This document shows, one piece after another, positions 48,432 through 58,800 of a stretch of 64,000 bases of DNA (position 1 is the stretch's first letter; every line of letters starts with the position of its first letter). A program made the position numbers and the translations under genes. Under the pieces are notes generated by a model. It was given only the letters and a program-made list of their open reading frames with translations. It ran no database searches and was not told the DNA's origin. Source of the DNA: a virus; IMG/VR virus record IMGVR_UViG_3300048672_000475, positions 16,857 through 80,856 of that record; one strand, written 5' to 3'.

Positions 48432-50050
48432 CACAACAAAAAATCCACGCTAAAAAACCAAAATTAGCGTTCCCTCCGAAGAAAACTGATTTGGTAACGT
48501 TTGAGTTTACGGAAGAAGAACTTATCGCGGGGTTAGCCGACCCGCGATGGAGGCTATCGAATCTGTACACGATCTATAATAAAAAGAACCGGCCAATTAT
48601 ATTCAGGCCGAACGCAATCCAGAATACCATTCTCACAGATATGTGGTTTCGGAACGCCATTCTCAAAGCGAGGCAGGGCGGGGTGTCTACGTTTGTGCAG
48701 ATTTTTATGCTGGATACTTGCCTATTTTCAGAACAGCAGCGGGGTAAGGTAATCTGCTCTGATCTTAATCTAGCTGAAGGTATTTTACGTGACGTATTTA
48801 AACGCGCGTACGATAACTTACCAGCACCGTTCAAAATTGCGTTACCTACGTCTGGCGAACCCTCAAAGAGTAAAATTGAATTTACCAACGGCTCTATCGT
48901 AGAAGTAACTACCAGCGCCAGGGGGCAGACGCCTTCAATCGTACACATCAGCGAATATGGTAAGATCGCGGCCAAAGACCCTCAAAAGGCAAGAGAAATT
49001 CAAACGGGTACGCTAACTGCGGCGGCGGCGGACGCTCTAGTATTCGTGGAATCTACTGCAGAGGGAAATTCAGGCGCTTTTTACGATTTGGTGCAGACTG
49101 CGGTTAAGTTACAAGAATCAGGAAAACCCTTATGGAAGTTAGACTTTAAGTTGTTTTTCTTTCCTTGGTACATAGACCCCTCCTACGTAGCTCCGGCGGA
49201 TTGTGTAACTATATCACCAAAAGACCATGAGTATTTCGACACCGTAGAGCAACGATGTAAAACCAAAATATCGCCAGAGCAACGCGCATGGTACGTCAAA
49301 CTCAGAGAGATGAACTACGCAGGCGATAGGGAAATGATGGCCCAGGAGATGCCGAGTTTCTGGCAAGAGCCTTTCCAACAATCTTTGGAAGGTGCGTACT
49401 TCACCGAGCAGTTCACGCGAATCCGAAAAGAAAACAGAATAACGGAAGTGCCCTACGACCCGCATTATCCGGTTAACCTTTTCTTCGACCTCGGTGCGAA
49501 TGACGAAACCTCCATTTGGTTTATCCAGGCCAAGAGAGGACAGTTCGCGGTTATCGACTTCTTTGAAGACAACGGCGAACCTTTATCCTATTTCGTAAAC
49601 GAAATCGATTCCCGAGGGTATACATTAGGCTTCGTCTACCTACCGCACGACGCCAACCACCGAAAGCAGGGCCAAGACAGAAACTTAACACCCGAAGAAA
49701 TGCTACAAGAATTGTGCCCTCATTGGCGATTTCAATTAGTGCCCAGAACGCCGGATAAATTGACCGCGATCATGCAGGCTAGAAACTTCTTACCACTTTG
49801 CGTGTTTGATGAGGCTAAGTGCAAAGAAGGTCTGGCCCATCTGCAAAGCTACCGCAAAATGTGGGACCCAAGAAGAGGTATGTGGAAATCTACGCCTAAC
49901 CACGATATACACTCGAACGCGGCGGACGCCTTCCTACAAGCGGGACAGGCGAAAGCGATGAACATGTTCGGCTACGGGAATGCGGGCACTGCTATGCAGA
50001 ACACCTCGTTTGACGCCAGTTTCGTACCTGAACCCGATCTAGGATATTAA
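48428..50050 (+). CDS. terminase large subunit
   Basis: ILKARQGGVST, HISE, ESTAEG, FDLG..D, HD, SNAADAF. Confidence 0.92.
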   Translation: MTQQKIHAKKPKLAFPPKKTDLVTFEFTEEELIAGLADPRWRLSNLYTIYNKKNRPIIFRPNAIQNTILTDMWFRNAILKARQGGVSTFVQIFMLDTCLFSEQQRGKVICSDLNLAEGILRDVFKRAYDNLPAPFKIALPTSGEPSKSKIEFTNGSIVEVTTSARGQTPSIVHISEYGKIAAKDPQKAREIQTGTLTAAAADALVFVESTAEGNSGAFYDLVQTAVKLQESGKPLWKLDFKLFFFPWYIDPSYVAPADCVTISPKDHEYFDTVEQRCKTKISPEQRAWYVKLREMNYAGDREMMAQEMPSFWQEPFQQSLEGAYFTEQFTRIRKENRITEVPYDPHYPVNLFFDLGANDETSIWFIQAKRGQFAVIDFFEDNGEPLSYFVNEIDSRGYTLGFVYLPHDANHRKQGQDRNLTPEEMLQELCPHWRFQLVPRTPDKLTAIMQARNFLPLCVFDEAKCKEGLAHLQSYRKMWDPRRGMWKSTPNHDIHSNAADAFLQAGQAKAMNMFGYGNAGTAMQNTSFDASFVPEPDLGY

Positions 50051-50063
50051 CTGGAGAACTAAA

Positions 50064-50939
50064 ATGAAAGAACGAATTGGCGTTGCTATAACATTTACCA
50101 ACGAATGCTCAATCTGGGACGGAATAGCGGTAGCGATTCACGACCCGGTTTATGAAGACACTACGTACGAATTCTATAACGGGATTGGTACGGTAGACGT
50201 AGTTAAAAAATACCTAAAAGACGGACTTGAGATACGGAGCATATCGCTGTTCGTGCCAAAATTTATGACGGGTATGGAGGTAGATTATCTTACCGATGCG
50301 CTATCGGACGAGGGTATTACCGGGATACCGGTATTCTACTCTTATCCAGGTAGGCAACCATTCGCCAACGCGATCATACCTCCGAACCACTAGACGAATA
50401 CCACCAATCCATGCTATACAGCTATGGCGTGGCGCTATACAGAAACATCATAACTGGAGATGAAAAATGAAGATATCGATTCAATTAGAAGATACCGATA
50501 AAATAGAAGCCGGAGTATCCTGGGTATCCAGAGACGGCTTTACGACTAAATGGATGTCGACGGATGACGTCGGCGAAAAACTGCAAACCTTGCTACGTGG
50601 CAATAATGTGGTCCTTAGCCTTATACCAACGGAGACCAAACGCCACTGGTGGCGTAGGGTATTTAACAGGTAGCTTACTTTTAGGTGCATAGAATGGCAC
50701 GATTAGAAATAGATCCCGATGTGGTAGTGACCGGAGTAGAGGTAGACTACATGGAGCTGTATCAGCGCGCGGGCGGAAACCCGGACGAACCTTATGTCGT
50801 CTACGAGTTTGCAAATGGGCGTAAGCAGTTCTGGTCGAACTTCCAAAGCGACGGCATATACGACAAGCCTTTCAGCATAGTAGGCGGCGAAATAGTCCAC
50901 TTACCGGACCCCGATGTAAGCAATAATACTAACCCATAA
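50064..50939 (+). CDS. three small hypothetical genes (50064-50393, 50467-50673, ~50694-50939)
   Basis: AACTGGAG RBS before the first two. Confidence 0.6.
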
Positions 50940-51055
50940 CTGGAGCAGAATTTGATAGACTAGGATCACCTAGCGGATAGGGATTGCAACCCGAAAACTC
51001 CTTCAGTAAGAGTTCCGCTAGTATTTATACTGAGAATCATACTGGGGATTGCACG

Positions 51056-51640
51056 ATGAATAAAGTACTAATGACGGTAAAAGAGCTACCAACACAGCGG
51101 TATTTGGTAGAGTGTTTTGATTACGAAGCAGATACAGGGAGACTGTATTGGCGCGATAGACCGATACACCATTTTAAAAAAGAATACGCAGCTAGAGCCA
51201 TGAACAAAAAGTATGCAGGGAAAGAGATAGCTCTGTTTATAAATAAAGGCCATGCGTACGTCGGCGTGGGCAATAAAACTTACGCGGTTCACAGGATAAT
51301 TTGGAAACTGGTCTACGGTACGGACCCCGGAGAATACATAGACCACGTAAACGGAGATAGGTCCGATAATAGGATCGCCAATTTGAGGGAAGCCACTAAC
51401 GCACAGAATCAGATGAATCAAAGGGGTCGGACTCAAGTTAGCAATACCGGAGTAGTAGGAGTTAACTACCATAAGAGGGATAGGTCGTATAGGGCGTACA
51501 TGAGAATAAATAACAAAAGCAAGCACCTAGGTAACTATAAAAATATAGAAGACGCCATTCGTGCTAGGTTAGAAGCCGAAAAATCTTACCAAGGTGAATA
51601 CTCACCAAAAATACATAGGGGCGAATATGCGCAAAGCTAA
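51056..51640 (+). CDS. HNH homing endonuclease with AP2-like domain
   Basis: HRIIW, IDHVNGDRSDNRIANLR, GVVGV...HLG.Y...EDA..AR. Confidence 0.9.
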   Translation: MNKVLMTVKELPTQRYLVECFDYEADTGRLYWRDRPIHHFKKEYAARAMNKKYAGKEIALFINKGHAYVGVGNKTYAVHRIIWKLVYGTDPGEYIDHVNGDRSDNRIANLREATNAQNQMNQRGRTQVSNTGVVGVNYHKRDRSYRAYMRINNKSKHLGNYKNIEDAIRARLEAEKSYQGEYSPKIHRGEYAQS

Positions 51641-52070
51641 TACCATGATAGACCCGGTAACGGAAGATAATATGCCGGTAGAGTGGGGTCCGGAAAAATG
51701 CGTAATCGCTAAAGATGCGATGAAAACGCTACAAAAACACTACCCAAAATGGCTCTGGGGTATAGAATTCAATGACGACCCCGCAACCGGTGGTTTGGAT
51801 TCAATGGTTATCCGAATCCTCGACGTACCGACGGAAACGGCGTACTACATTCGCGCCCAAGATATTGACCGCGACCGCATGCACTGCGTCCTGATAGGAG
51901 GCGGCATGCTGTTGGAGGCACTCGGATTATCCCGTACACGCAACCGGCAGGACGAGGTGCATGGACTTAGACGAACGCCCGCAGGTCTTATAGTACCTGA
52001 CCCTAACGCTGTCATCGAAACCAATCCGGGGTACAGCAAAATCAAAACCCAAGCAGCACTGTTGAGATAA
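51627..52070 (+). CDS. conserved hypothetical protein upstream of portal
   Basis: L.KHYP.WLW, GG.LLE..GLSR. Confidence 0.65.
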   Translation: MRKANTMIDPVTEDNMPVEWGPEKCVIAKDAMKTLQKHYPKWLWGIEFNDDPATGGLDSMVIRILDVPTETAYYIRAQDIDRDRMHCVLIGGGMLLEALGLSRTRNRQDEVHGLRRTPAGLIVPDPNAVIETNPGYSKIKTQAALLR

Positions 52071-52074
52071 TAGT

Positions 52075-54450
52075 ATGGCATTGACATCACCGATGGACCC
52101 ACAACCATCCCTTGAGGCTGGTAACTACAAACCGTCTAGCGCGGTAGCAGCGCCGATTGTAAATGCGGTAGATTCCGTCGGTATGTCAGAGCCAGCCGCT
52201 AAGAAGCCATCAGCCACTGGAATTGGTGGACGATACGTAGATTGGCTGCAGATGGCACGAAACGCCTACGAATCCAGCGAGTCATGGCTTCAGGTCAATC
52301 AACGGGCTATATGGGCACGCAATTTTGCGCATTACCGATCTGAACACGCGCCAGACTCCCCGGTACTGTCCGACGCGAACAAACATAGGCCAAAATATTT
52401 TTGGCCAAAAACGCGAACCTTGGTGCGGGATATCCAAGCATCATCGGCGGCTGCGTATTTCGCCAGTTCGGATGTCGTAGCCATTGAAGCGGAAGATTCG
52501 GATGACAAGGAGCAGGTAGAAGCTGCGACCCTGATGAAAGAGTTGGTAAATTACCGACTTGACCAAACGATCCCATGGTACCAATTAGTATTGGGTGGCA
52601 TCCAAGAAACTTCTGTACTCGGTTCCGTCGTATCCCATCAAGGGTGGGAATACGTAGAACGCGGTGGAAAAACCGTTATGGACGCGCCCAAAGTACGCGT
52701 CGTACCGATGGAGAATGTCCGTATTTCGCCCGCTGCCGATTGGATCGATCCCGCAAACTCGTCTCCCTATTTCATTGAGCTTATGCCGATGTACTTGGGC
52801 GACGTGCTAACCCGTATCGAAGAAGGCGAGAACCCTAGAAGCGGGGAGCCCGCTTGGCGTAATCTAGGTGAGGGCCAGCTACTGTCAGCGGGTAACCGCG
52901 ACAATCTGGATACTACTCGCAGAGCAAGGGCCGGGTCGCGCCGACTGGACCCTAAATCAAACATGATGGAGTCCGAAAACGCTTTTCGGATTATCTGGGT
53001 ACACCGCAATATCATTCGGCATGACGGGGAAGATTGGTTGTACTACACAGCAGGCGCTAACGTAATGCTTTCAGAACCGGTACGGTTGGCGAGTGTAATC
53101 CCCTGGGCGGATAACAAACGCGATTACGTTATCGGCAAAATGGAAATTGAAACCGATAGGCCTTACCCCAGCGGCCCGGTAGAACTGACCTCGGGCATGC
53201 AGCGCGCGTATAACGAGTTAAAGAACCAAAAATATGAAAATGTAAGGCAGGTATTAAACCGCAGATACCTATACCGAGCCGGGAGCCAAGTTGACGTTCG
53301 AGCACTGAGCCGCAACGTACCGGGCGGGTTGATCGGTATTAGCGCACCCGGCCCGTTGAGTAACCATGTAGAACCTCTGAATACGCCTGACGTAACCTCG
53401 TCTTCGTACCAAGAGGAAGACAGGCTTTCGCTGGCCATGGACGATCTGTCGGGGTCGACAACGGGCGCTACGGTTAACTCCAACCGCAAACTGAACGAAA
53501 CGGCTACGGGCATGAACCTGATGTCCGAGGCGGCAAATAAAATTCGGGAGATGGAGCTGCGCACGTTTACAGAAACGTGGATAGAACCGGTACTTCGCCA
53601 AATAGTCCAGCTCGAAGCGATGTACGAGACTGACGAAACAGCTCTACTTGTCGCGGCTAAGAAAGCCAAGCTACGCAAAGTTCTGCTGAGCTATTTTGAC
53701 CATAAGTTTTCGGTATCGGTCAATGTTGGTATGGGCGCAGTCAGCCCAACGCAACGTATGCAGAAAGTCCAAACCGCAATATCCACAGTCGTACAGTTGA
53801 TACCACGCGCAGCCGCCGCCGTGGACGAAGAAGAAGTCACTAAGGAAATCTTCGGCGCTGCGGGCTTCGACAACGGCGCGAGATTCTTCAATTTCGAGAA
53901 AGCGCGCCAAGAAGAGCAAGCGGCGAAAGAACAAGGCGACCCGATGCAGCAAGTCCAAATGCAGCAGTTGCAGTTGAAGAGCCAAATCGCACAGCAAGAT
54001 TTCCAAATCGCGCAAGGTAAACTTCAGCTCGAAAACCAAAAACTCGCCATGGAAGCCGAAAAGCAAGCAGCAATGCTGCAAGAGCTATCGGCAAAAATCG
54101 ACTATTTGGTGTCCAGAACTGCGCACGAAAAAACCAAATTAGCTACGCAAAACGTAACCTCGATATTCCAGGCTACGCAAGCTGCGGGTACTATTGCGCA
54201 GAACCCAGGCATCGCGCCGGCTACCGATACGATTCTTAAATCAGCAGGCTTTATCGATTACAATGAGGCGCCTATCGTGGAAGAGGTAAGCCCTCCCCTG
54301 GAGCAGCCTATGGTAGAACCCGCAGTAGAAAATACACACCCTCAATTTCCGGCCAATCCCCCCTCACCGGGTACAGGGAAAGCAGGTATTTTGAAGGGTA
54401 TCGAGACACCTGAAATTGATATCAGAATGGAACGGGATAGAAGCCAATGA
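52075..54450 (+). CDS. portal protein (podovirus-type)
   Basis: 791 aa between terL and scaffold; PKTR, LNETATGM, Gln-rich C-terminal barrel. Confidence 0.85.
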   Translation: MALTSPMDPQPSLEAGNYKPSSAVAAPIVNAVDSVGMSEPAAKKPSATGIGGRYVDWLQMARNAYESSESWLQVNQRAIWARNFAHYRSEHAPDSPVLSDANKHRPKYFWPKTRTLVRDIQASSAAAYFASSDVVAIEAEDSDDKEQVEAATLMKELVNYRLDQTIPWYQLVLGGIQETSVLGSVVSHQGWEYVERGGKTVMDAPKVRVVPMENVRISPAADWIDPANSSPYFIELMPMYLGDVLTRIEEGENPRSGEPAWRNLGEGQLLSAGNRDNLDTTRRARAGSRRLDPKSNMMESENAFRIIWVHRNIIRHDGEDWLYYTAGANVMLSEPVRLASVIPWADNKRDYVIGKMEIETDRPYPSGPVELTSGMQRAYNELKNQKYENVRQVLNRRYLYRAGSQVDVRALSRNVPGGLIGISAPGPLSNHVEPLNTPDVTSSSYQEEDRLSLAMDDLSGSTTGATVNSNRKLNETATGMNLMSEAANKIREMELRTFTETWIEPVLRQIVQLEAMYETDETALLVAAKKAKLRKVLLSYFDHKFSVSVNVGMGAVSPTQRMQKVQTAISTVVQLIPRAAAAVDEEEVTKEIFGAAGFDNGARFFNFEKARQEEQAAKEQGDPMQQVQMQQLQLKSQIAQQDFQIAQGKLQLENQKLAMEAEKQAAMLQELSAKIDYLVSRTAHEKTKLATQNVTSIFQATQAAGTIAQNPGIAPATDTILKSAGFIDYNEAPIVEEVSPPLEQPMVEPAVENTHPQFPANPPSPGTGKAGILKGIETPEIDIRMERDRSQ

Positions 54451-54478
54451 TGGGCCCAATAACTAAACTGGAGACAAA

Positions 54479-54796
54479 ATGACCGATATAGCTGGAATTT
54501 ATGCCAACGACCCGCTGATGCGGGCTGTTTCACTCAGTGTGGAGGTTACACACTTCATCACGCAGGATAAGGTGGGACGCTATTTAATGGACCGCGCCCT
54601 GGAGTGTCGGGTTCAAGCGCTGGAAGAGTTGGCGATGACCGATCCTACTAACGCGGAAAATATTCGTGAACTACAATGGAAAGCGCGCGTTCCCGATTTA
54701 TTCACTGAGTGGTTGCAAGAAGCAATGGCGGCGGGCACCAGTGCCGAGGAAACCATACAACTTGAAGAGCAGGCTGGCTATGGCAATATGGTTTAA
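54479..54796 (+). CDS. small head-assembly-region protein
   Basis: Position after portal; AACTGGAG RBS. Confidence 0.6.
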   Translation: MTDIAGIYANDPLMRAVSLSVEVTHFITQDKVGRYLMDRALECRVQALEELAMTDPTNAENIRELQWKARVPDLFTEWLQEAMAAGTSAEETIQLEEQAGYGNMV

Positions 54797-55271
54797 CTAT
54801 AAAGAGTTAGAGCCACATGAACCTAACCCACCATCGCGCCTAAAGCCAAAGGTAAAGATAAAGGGCCGGCCTAAAAAACCGGAGCAGCCGCATATAAAAG
54901 CGGACGCAGAGAAAAAACCGTATTTCAGCCGAACTGATTTGATTCGGAGAGTCGCGCAGATTACCGGCATCCGTATGCCGACATGTCGATTATTCGTCAA
55001 CGCTGCGCTAGCCGCCATTCTATCCGAAGTCGAACTAGGCCATGATGTCGATATTCCCGGAGTAGGTCGCTTCATGTTTGAAGACGTAGAGCCTATTCGG
55101 TATAAACACAAAGGGCTTTGGTATATTAGGCCCCTCCACAAGCGGTTAGTATTCTCCGTATACCCAGGCATGGAGATAGCACTGAAAAGGAATACTCGAA
55201 TAGTGGATTGGTCCGACTCATGCGATCCCAGGCTGAATAAGATATTCACATACTGGGATGCAAAATCATAA
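54780..55271 (+). CDS. HU/IHF-like DNA-binding protein
   Basis: SRTDLIRRVAQ.TG...I...V..G..V.IPG.GRF...RLVF. Confidence 0.65.
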   Translation: MAIWFNYKELEPHEPNPPSRLKPKVKIKGRPKKPEQPHIKADAEKKPYFSRTDLIRRVAQITGIRMPTCRLFVNAALAAILSEVELGHDVDIPGVGRFMFEDVEPIRYKHKGLWYIRPLHKRLVFSVYPGMEIALKRNTRIVDWSDSCDPRLNKIFTYWDAKS

Positions 55272-55363
55272 TACTACAGAATTATTTGACACCGCCGCGC
55301 CAATGTTGTATTGATGAGGCATCTTAACGTCGTGAGACGTAAACCCTCCCTTGAGGATTACTT

Positions 55364-56371
55364 ATGAATGAAGACGAGTTGAAAAACGGTGAAGGTGCGG
55401 CAGGGGATAAACCTCTGCCGAAACCCGATTACGACGCCGACCCGAACGTGAAAGCCCGCCGCAGAGCAGGTAAGCGCAGCGCCAATCAGAAAATGGGAAA
55501 AGACCTTGAAGAAGGTATTTCTAGTGCGCCAGCAGCTCCCGCCGAAGTTCCTACTGAGGAAGCACAAACCGAAGCCCCTGAAGGCGAAGGTATCGTAGGC
55601 GAGGCTAAGCACGAGGAAGAAGTGGTTATGGAATCTGCGGAAGAAAAAGCCGAAGAAACTAACCCAGAATCCCCGGAAGCTGAAGCCGCAGAAGGTGAAG
55701 TACCTGCGGAAGAATCCCCTTCAGAAAGCGAATCGCCAGCGGAAGAGCCGATGGTTGATTCGGGCGAATACCAAGCCCCTGAAGGCCCAGCGCATGACGA
55801 ACTGATAGACCAATACCACGATGCACTAGCCTTCGGGGATATGGAAACTGCCAAAGCTTTATACAAGCAATTGCAGGATCATCGCTTTCGTGAAAATACG
55901 CACCGCGCTAAAACGGAAGCTCAAGCCGAACAAGAAGTCAAAGCCTATGTTGCCGCTGCTACCGAGTTAGCCGCTAAACATCCTGAGTTAGCCGAAGACG
56001 GCTTGCCAGCATCGAAGGTGATGGCTTTATCCGATGTGTACCGCCAAGAAGGAATGAGCGCAGCCGACGCATTGCGTAAAGCTGTTGCTGACCTGTACCC
56101 TGAATCACCTGCCGAAGCGCCAGCACCGGAAGTGGCTCCTGAACCAGTAGCGGAAGAAATTCCGGCTGAACCAGAAGCACCTGCCGAAGAACCGGCTGCT
56201 CCTGCGGAAGAAGAAAGCGTACTTCCTGATATGGAGGAACGCAAAGCTGCAAAACGTAGTATTCCGGCAATGCCAAGTGCATCCGCCAGAAATGAACCGG
56301 CTCCGCCACCTAGACAGCCTACTCGCTCAGATGCTATCCAGCAAATGAAAGAGAAACGCGGTCAGGCGTAA
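55364..56371 (+). CDS. capsid scaffolding protein
   Basis: E/A/P-rich; basic tail MKEKRGQA; directly before the capsid gene. Confidence 0.75.
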   Translation: MNEDELKNGEGAAGDKPLPKPDYDADPNVKARRRAGKRSANQKMGKDLEEGISSAPAAPAEVPTEEAQTEAPEGEGIVGEAKHEEEVVMESAEEKAEETNPESPEAEAAEGEVPAEESPSESESPAEEPMVDSGEYQAPEGPAHDELIDQYHDALAFGDMETAKALYKQLQDHRFRENTHRAKTEAQAEQEVKAYVAAATELAAKHPELAEDGLPASKVMALSDVYRQEGMSAADALRKAVADLYPESPAEAPAPEVAPEPVAEEIPAEPEAPAEEPAAPAEEESVLPDMEERKAAKRSIPAMPSASARNEPAPPPRQPTRSDAIQQMKEKRGQA

Positions 56372-56432
56372 CGAAAAGCAGTAACAAACCATCGTTGAGA
56401 AACGATATTAACCCATTAGAAGGTGAAATTAT

Positions 56433-57446
56433 ATGAGTGGTCAAATCTGGTCTGTCGCTGATGAAGGCGGCTATTTGTGGGCACCTAACTTGTCCGAATA
56501 CCTGCGTATACAAAATCTGCCGGTTGTTAAATTCAGACAGTTATGTGATGTGAAAGAAAACGACGCCGATGGTAAACCATTGGTAGGCAAAGGTCGTGGC
56601 GACAAGTGGTACTGGAACGTATTCACCAAGTTGTCAACCAAAGGCCGCGCTATCGACGAGACCGAAAGAATGCCTTCTGGCTCTTTCAAAGTTACCCAAT
56701 ATTCTGGCACCATGACCGAGTTCGGTAACTCCGTTGACTACACCGGCAAATTGGACGACTTGTCCGAACAACCGATCAAAGAAATTATTCGCAAAGTCCT
56801 GAAACTCGACGTTGCCGAAGCATTCGACGTTGCTGCATGGCAGCAGTTTGACCAAACCCTGCTGGGTGTAACTCCGGTTTCCGGAACTAGCACAACTGCG
56901 GTTAACACTTTCACAACCGATGGTACAGCTAACGCTGTCACCAACAACGTTGCTTTGGGTAAAGGTCATATCGAGCCGATCAGCACCCAAATGAAAGAAC
57001 GCAATATCCCGGCATACGAAGGCGGCGACTATATGTGTATCGCTCGCCCCTCTACCTACATCACTTTGAAATCTGATTTGGAAGCCATCCAAACCTATAC
57101 CGAAACCGGTATCGTTCAGATCAAAAACGGTGAAATCGGTAGATATCGTGGGGTACGCTTTATCGAGCAAACCCATATCCCTGCCGGTGGCGCGGATGAC
57201 ACCACCACCTATAACCCACAAACCGGCACCGCCGATGCGTGGAACAACGGCAAATCTGACTGGGCCTACTTTATGGGCGCGGACACTGTTGCTGAAGGTG
57301 TGGCGGTTCCTGAAGAAATTCGCGGTAAAATTCCAGACGATTACGGTCGCGGTCGTGGTATCGCTTGGTACGCCTTGGAAGGTTTCGGTTTGAGCCATCC
57401 CGATGCTACGAATGGTCGCATAGTCAAATGGACTTCGGCAGCGTAA
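56433..57446 (+). CDS. major capsid protein
   Basis: 337 aa; EFGNSV.YTGKL, GEIGRYRGVRFIE, DYGR..GIAWY; strong codon bias. Confidence 0.9.
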   Translation: MSGQIWSVADEGGYLWAPNLSEYLRIQNLPVVKFRQLCDVKENDADGKPLVGKGRGDKWYWNVFTKLSTKGRAIDETERMPSGSFKVTQYSGTMTEFGNSVDYTGKLDDLSEQPIKEIIRKVLKLDVAEAFDVAAWQQFDQTLLGVTPVSGTSTTAVNTFTTDGTANAVTNNVALGKGHIEPISTQMKERNIPAYEGGDYMCIARPSTYITLKSDLEAIQTYTETGIVQIKNGEIGRYRGVRFIEQTHIPAGGADDTTTYNPQTGTADAWNNGKSDWAYFMGADTVAEGVAVPEEIRGKIPDDYGRGRGIAWYALEGFGLSHPDATNGRIVKWTSAA

Positions 57447-57511
57447 AGGCTTTAATACCCACGTAGCGATACGTGGGTTTGACCAAACATCTAATTATTG
57501 AGGAAAGTACA

Positions 57512-57946
57512 ATGGCGTACACCAACCCAAAAACCGTTACTTATACTCGCTCCACTGCGGTAACGACTGCCACATGGGCGATTCAACCACCTCCAGGCTG
57601 CACTCAAGTTCGGGTAAAAGACATTAACGCGTCTGTTACCACGACCTATAATGCAACAACCACCTCTGCTAAAGTTGGCGTCGGCGTAGCCGGTAACGTG
57701 AACGTAGCGGGCGTATTGGATTTGGGTACCACTGCGGCTGGTGCTGCAGTAGGCTACGCATCCCAATTCGTAAAAGGTACTAACCCTACCTACGGTTCTC
57801 TGGACTTGACCGGCACCTCGAATACTATTTCGGGCACTCCGGTAACACCAGAAGTACTGGGCCCCGTATTGATCACTTTCACTGCGAATACAGGCGGTAC
57901 TCCGGCTGGCGCAGCGGTAGTTGACGTTACACTGGACTGGTTCTAA
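57512..57946 (+). CDS. minor capsid/decoration protein
   Basis: T/G/A-rich; follows the capsid gene. Confidence 0.65.
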   Translation: MAYTNPKTVTYTRSTAVTTATWAIQPPPGCTQVRVKDINASVTTTYNATTTSAKVGVGVAGNVNVAGVLDLGTTAAGAAVGYASQFVKGTNPTYGSLDLTGTSNTISGTPVTPEVLGPVLITFTANTGGTPAGAAVVDVTLDWF

Positions 57947-57999
57947 CCTAATGCGAAGCCGGGTAACGCCGGCTTTACCTAATATTCTAGGAGATTAAA

Positions 58000-58736
58000 A
58001 TGTCCGACTTTAACAAAGATTCAAGCAATTCAGCCCAAGATACCCGCGCTTTCGGCGGTGGATCAGGTTTGACTGCAGGTGTGGAATCCGGTTTGTCTTC
58101 CGTTGAAAAATTGTCACGCGGCTCTGTAGAAGCTGAGCAAAAAACACATGGCGACAATTTCATGCGTATCGAAACCGAAGAATCCGCCGGCAGCAAAGGT
58201 GGCAAAAACTTTACCTTTCGCGGTTAACCAATGAGTATCCTGGCTATTTTTACAACGGATAGCTGCGACATGGACGCCGCCCAGGAGCCTTCTGTAAACC
58301 CGTTGGAAAGCGGGTTTATTGATGAGGGTAGCGCCTGCGACACTGGAAAAATGATGTGGAATGATACGTCGTATGGCGAATCTTACGGCTGCGGCAATCG
58401 GTACGCCCATGAAGAAACACCTTTCATGACGAAAGTTCCCTCACGACACAAATAAGGAATCACATGTCCGAATTAGATAGAAGTAGAGCGTTTGACAGAG
58501 TATGGGGCATCGTTGGCGAAGGCGAACCTTATTTCTTTCAAGACGGTAAAGCGTTCAACTCAGACGGACTCGAAATTGTGTCTGACGAAACCATTGCCGA
58601 GGTAGAAACTGACGCTACCGAGCCGAAGAAAAAAGGGCGTAAAAAAGCAGCACCCGATGAAGCGTCTGAGGTAGCTACCGATGTAACTGCCGATGTAACT
58701 GCCGATTTGACTGGTGAAAATCACGATCTGCTGTAA
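58000..58736 (+). CDS. three small hypothetical genes (58000-58227, 58231-58455, 58464-58736)
   Basis: RBS and packing. Confidence 0.6.
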
Positions 58737-58800
58737 AATGCTCGTTTTAACGCCGGCCTTGCGTCGGGCCGAATAAAATAAGACTCACAGAGGGCGTCAA

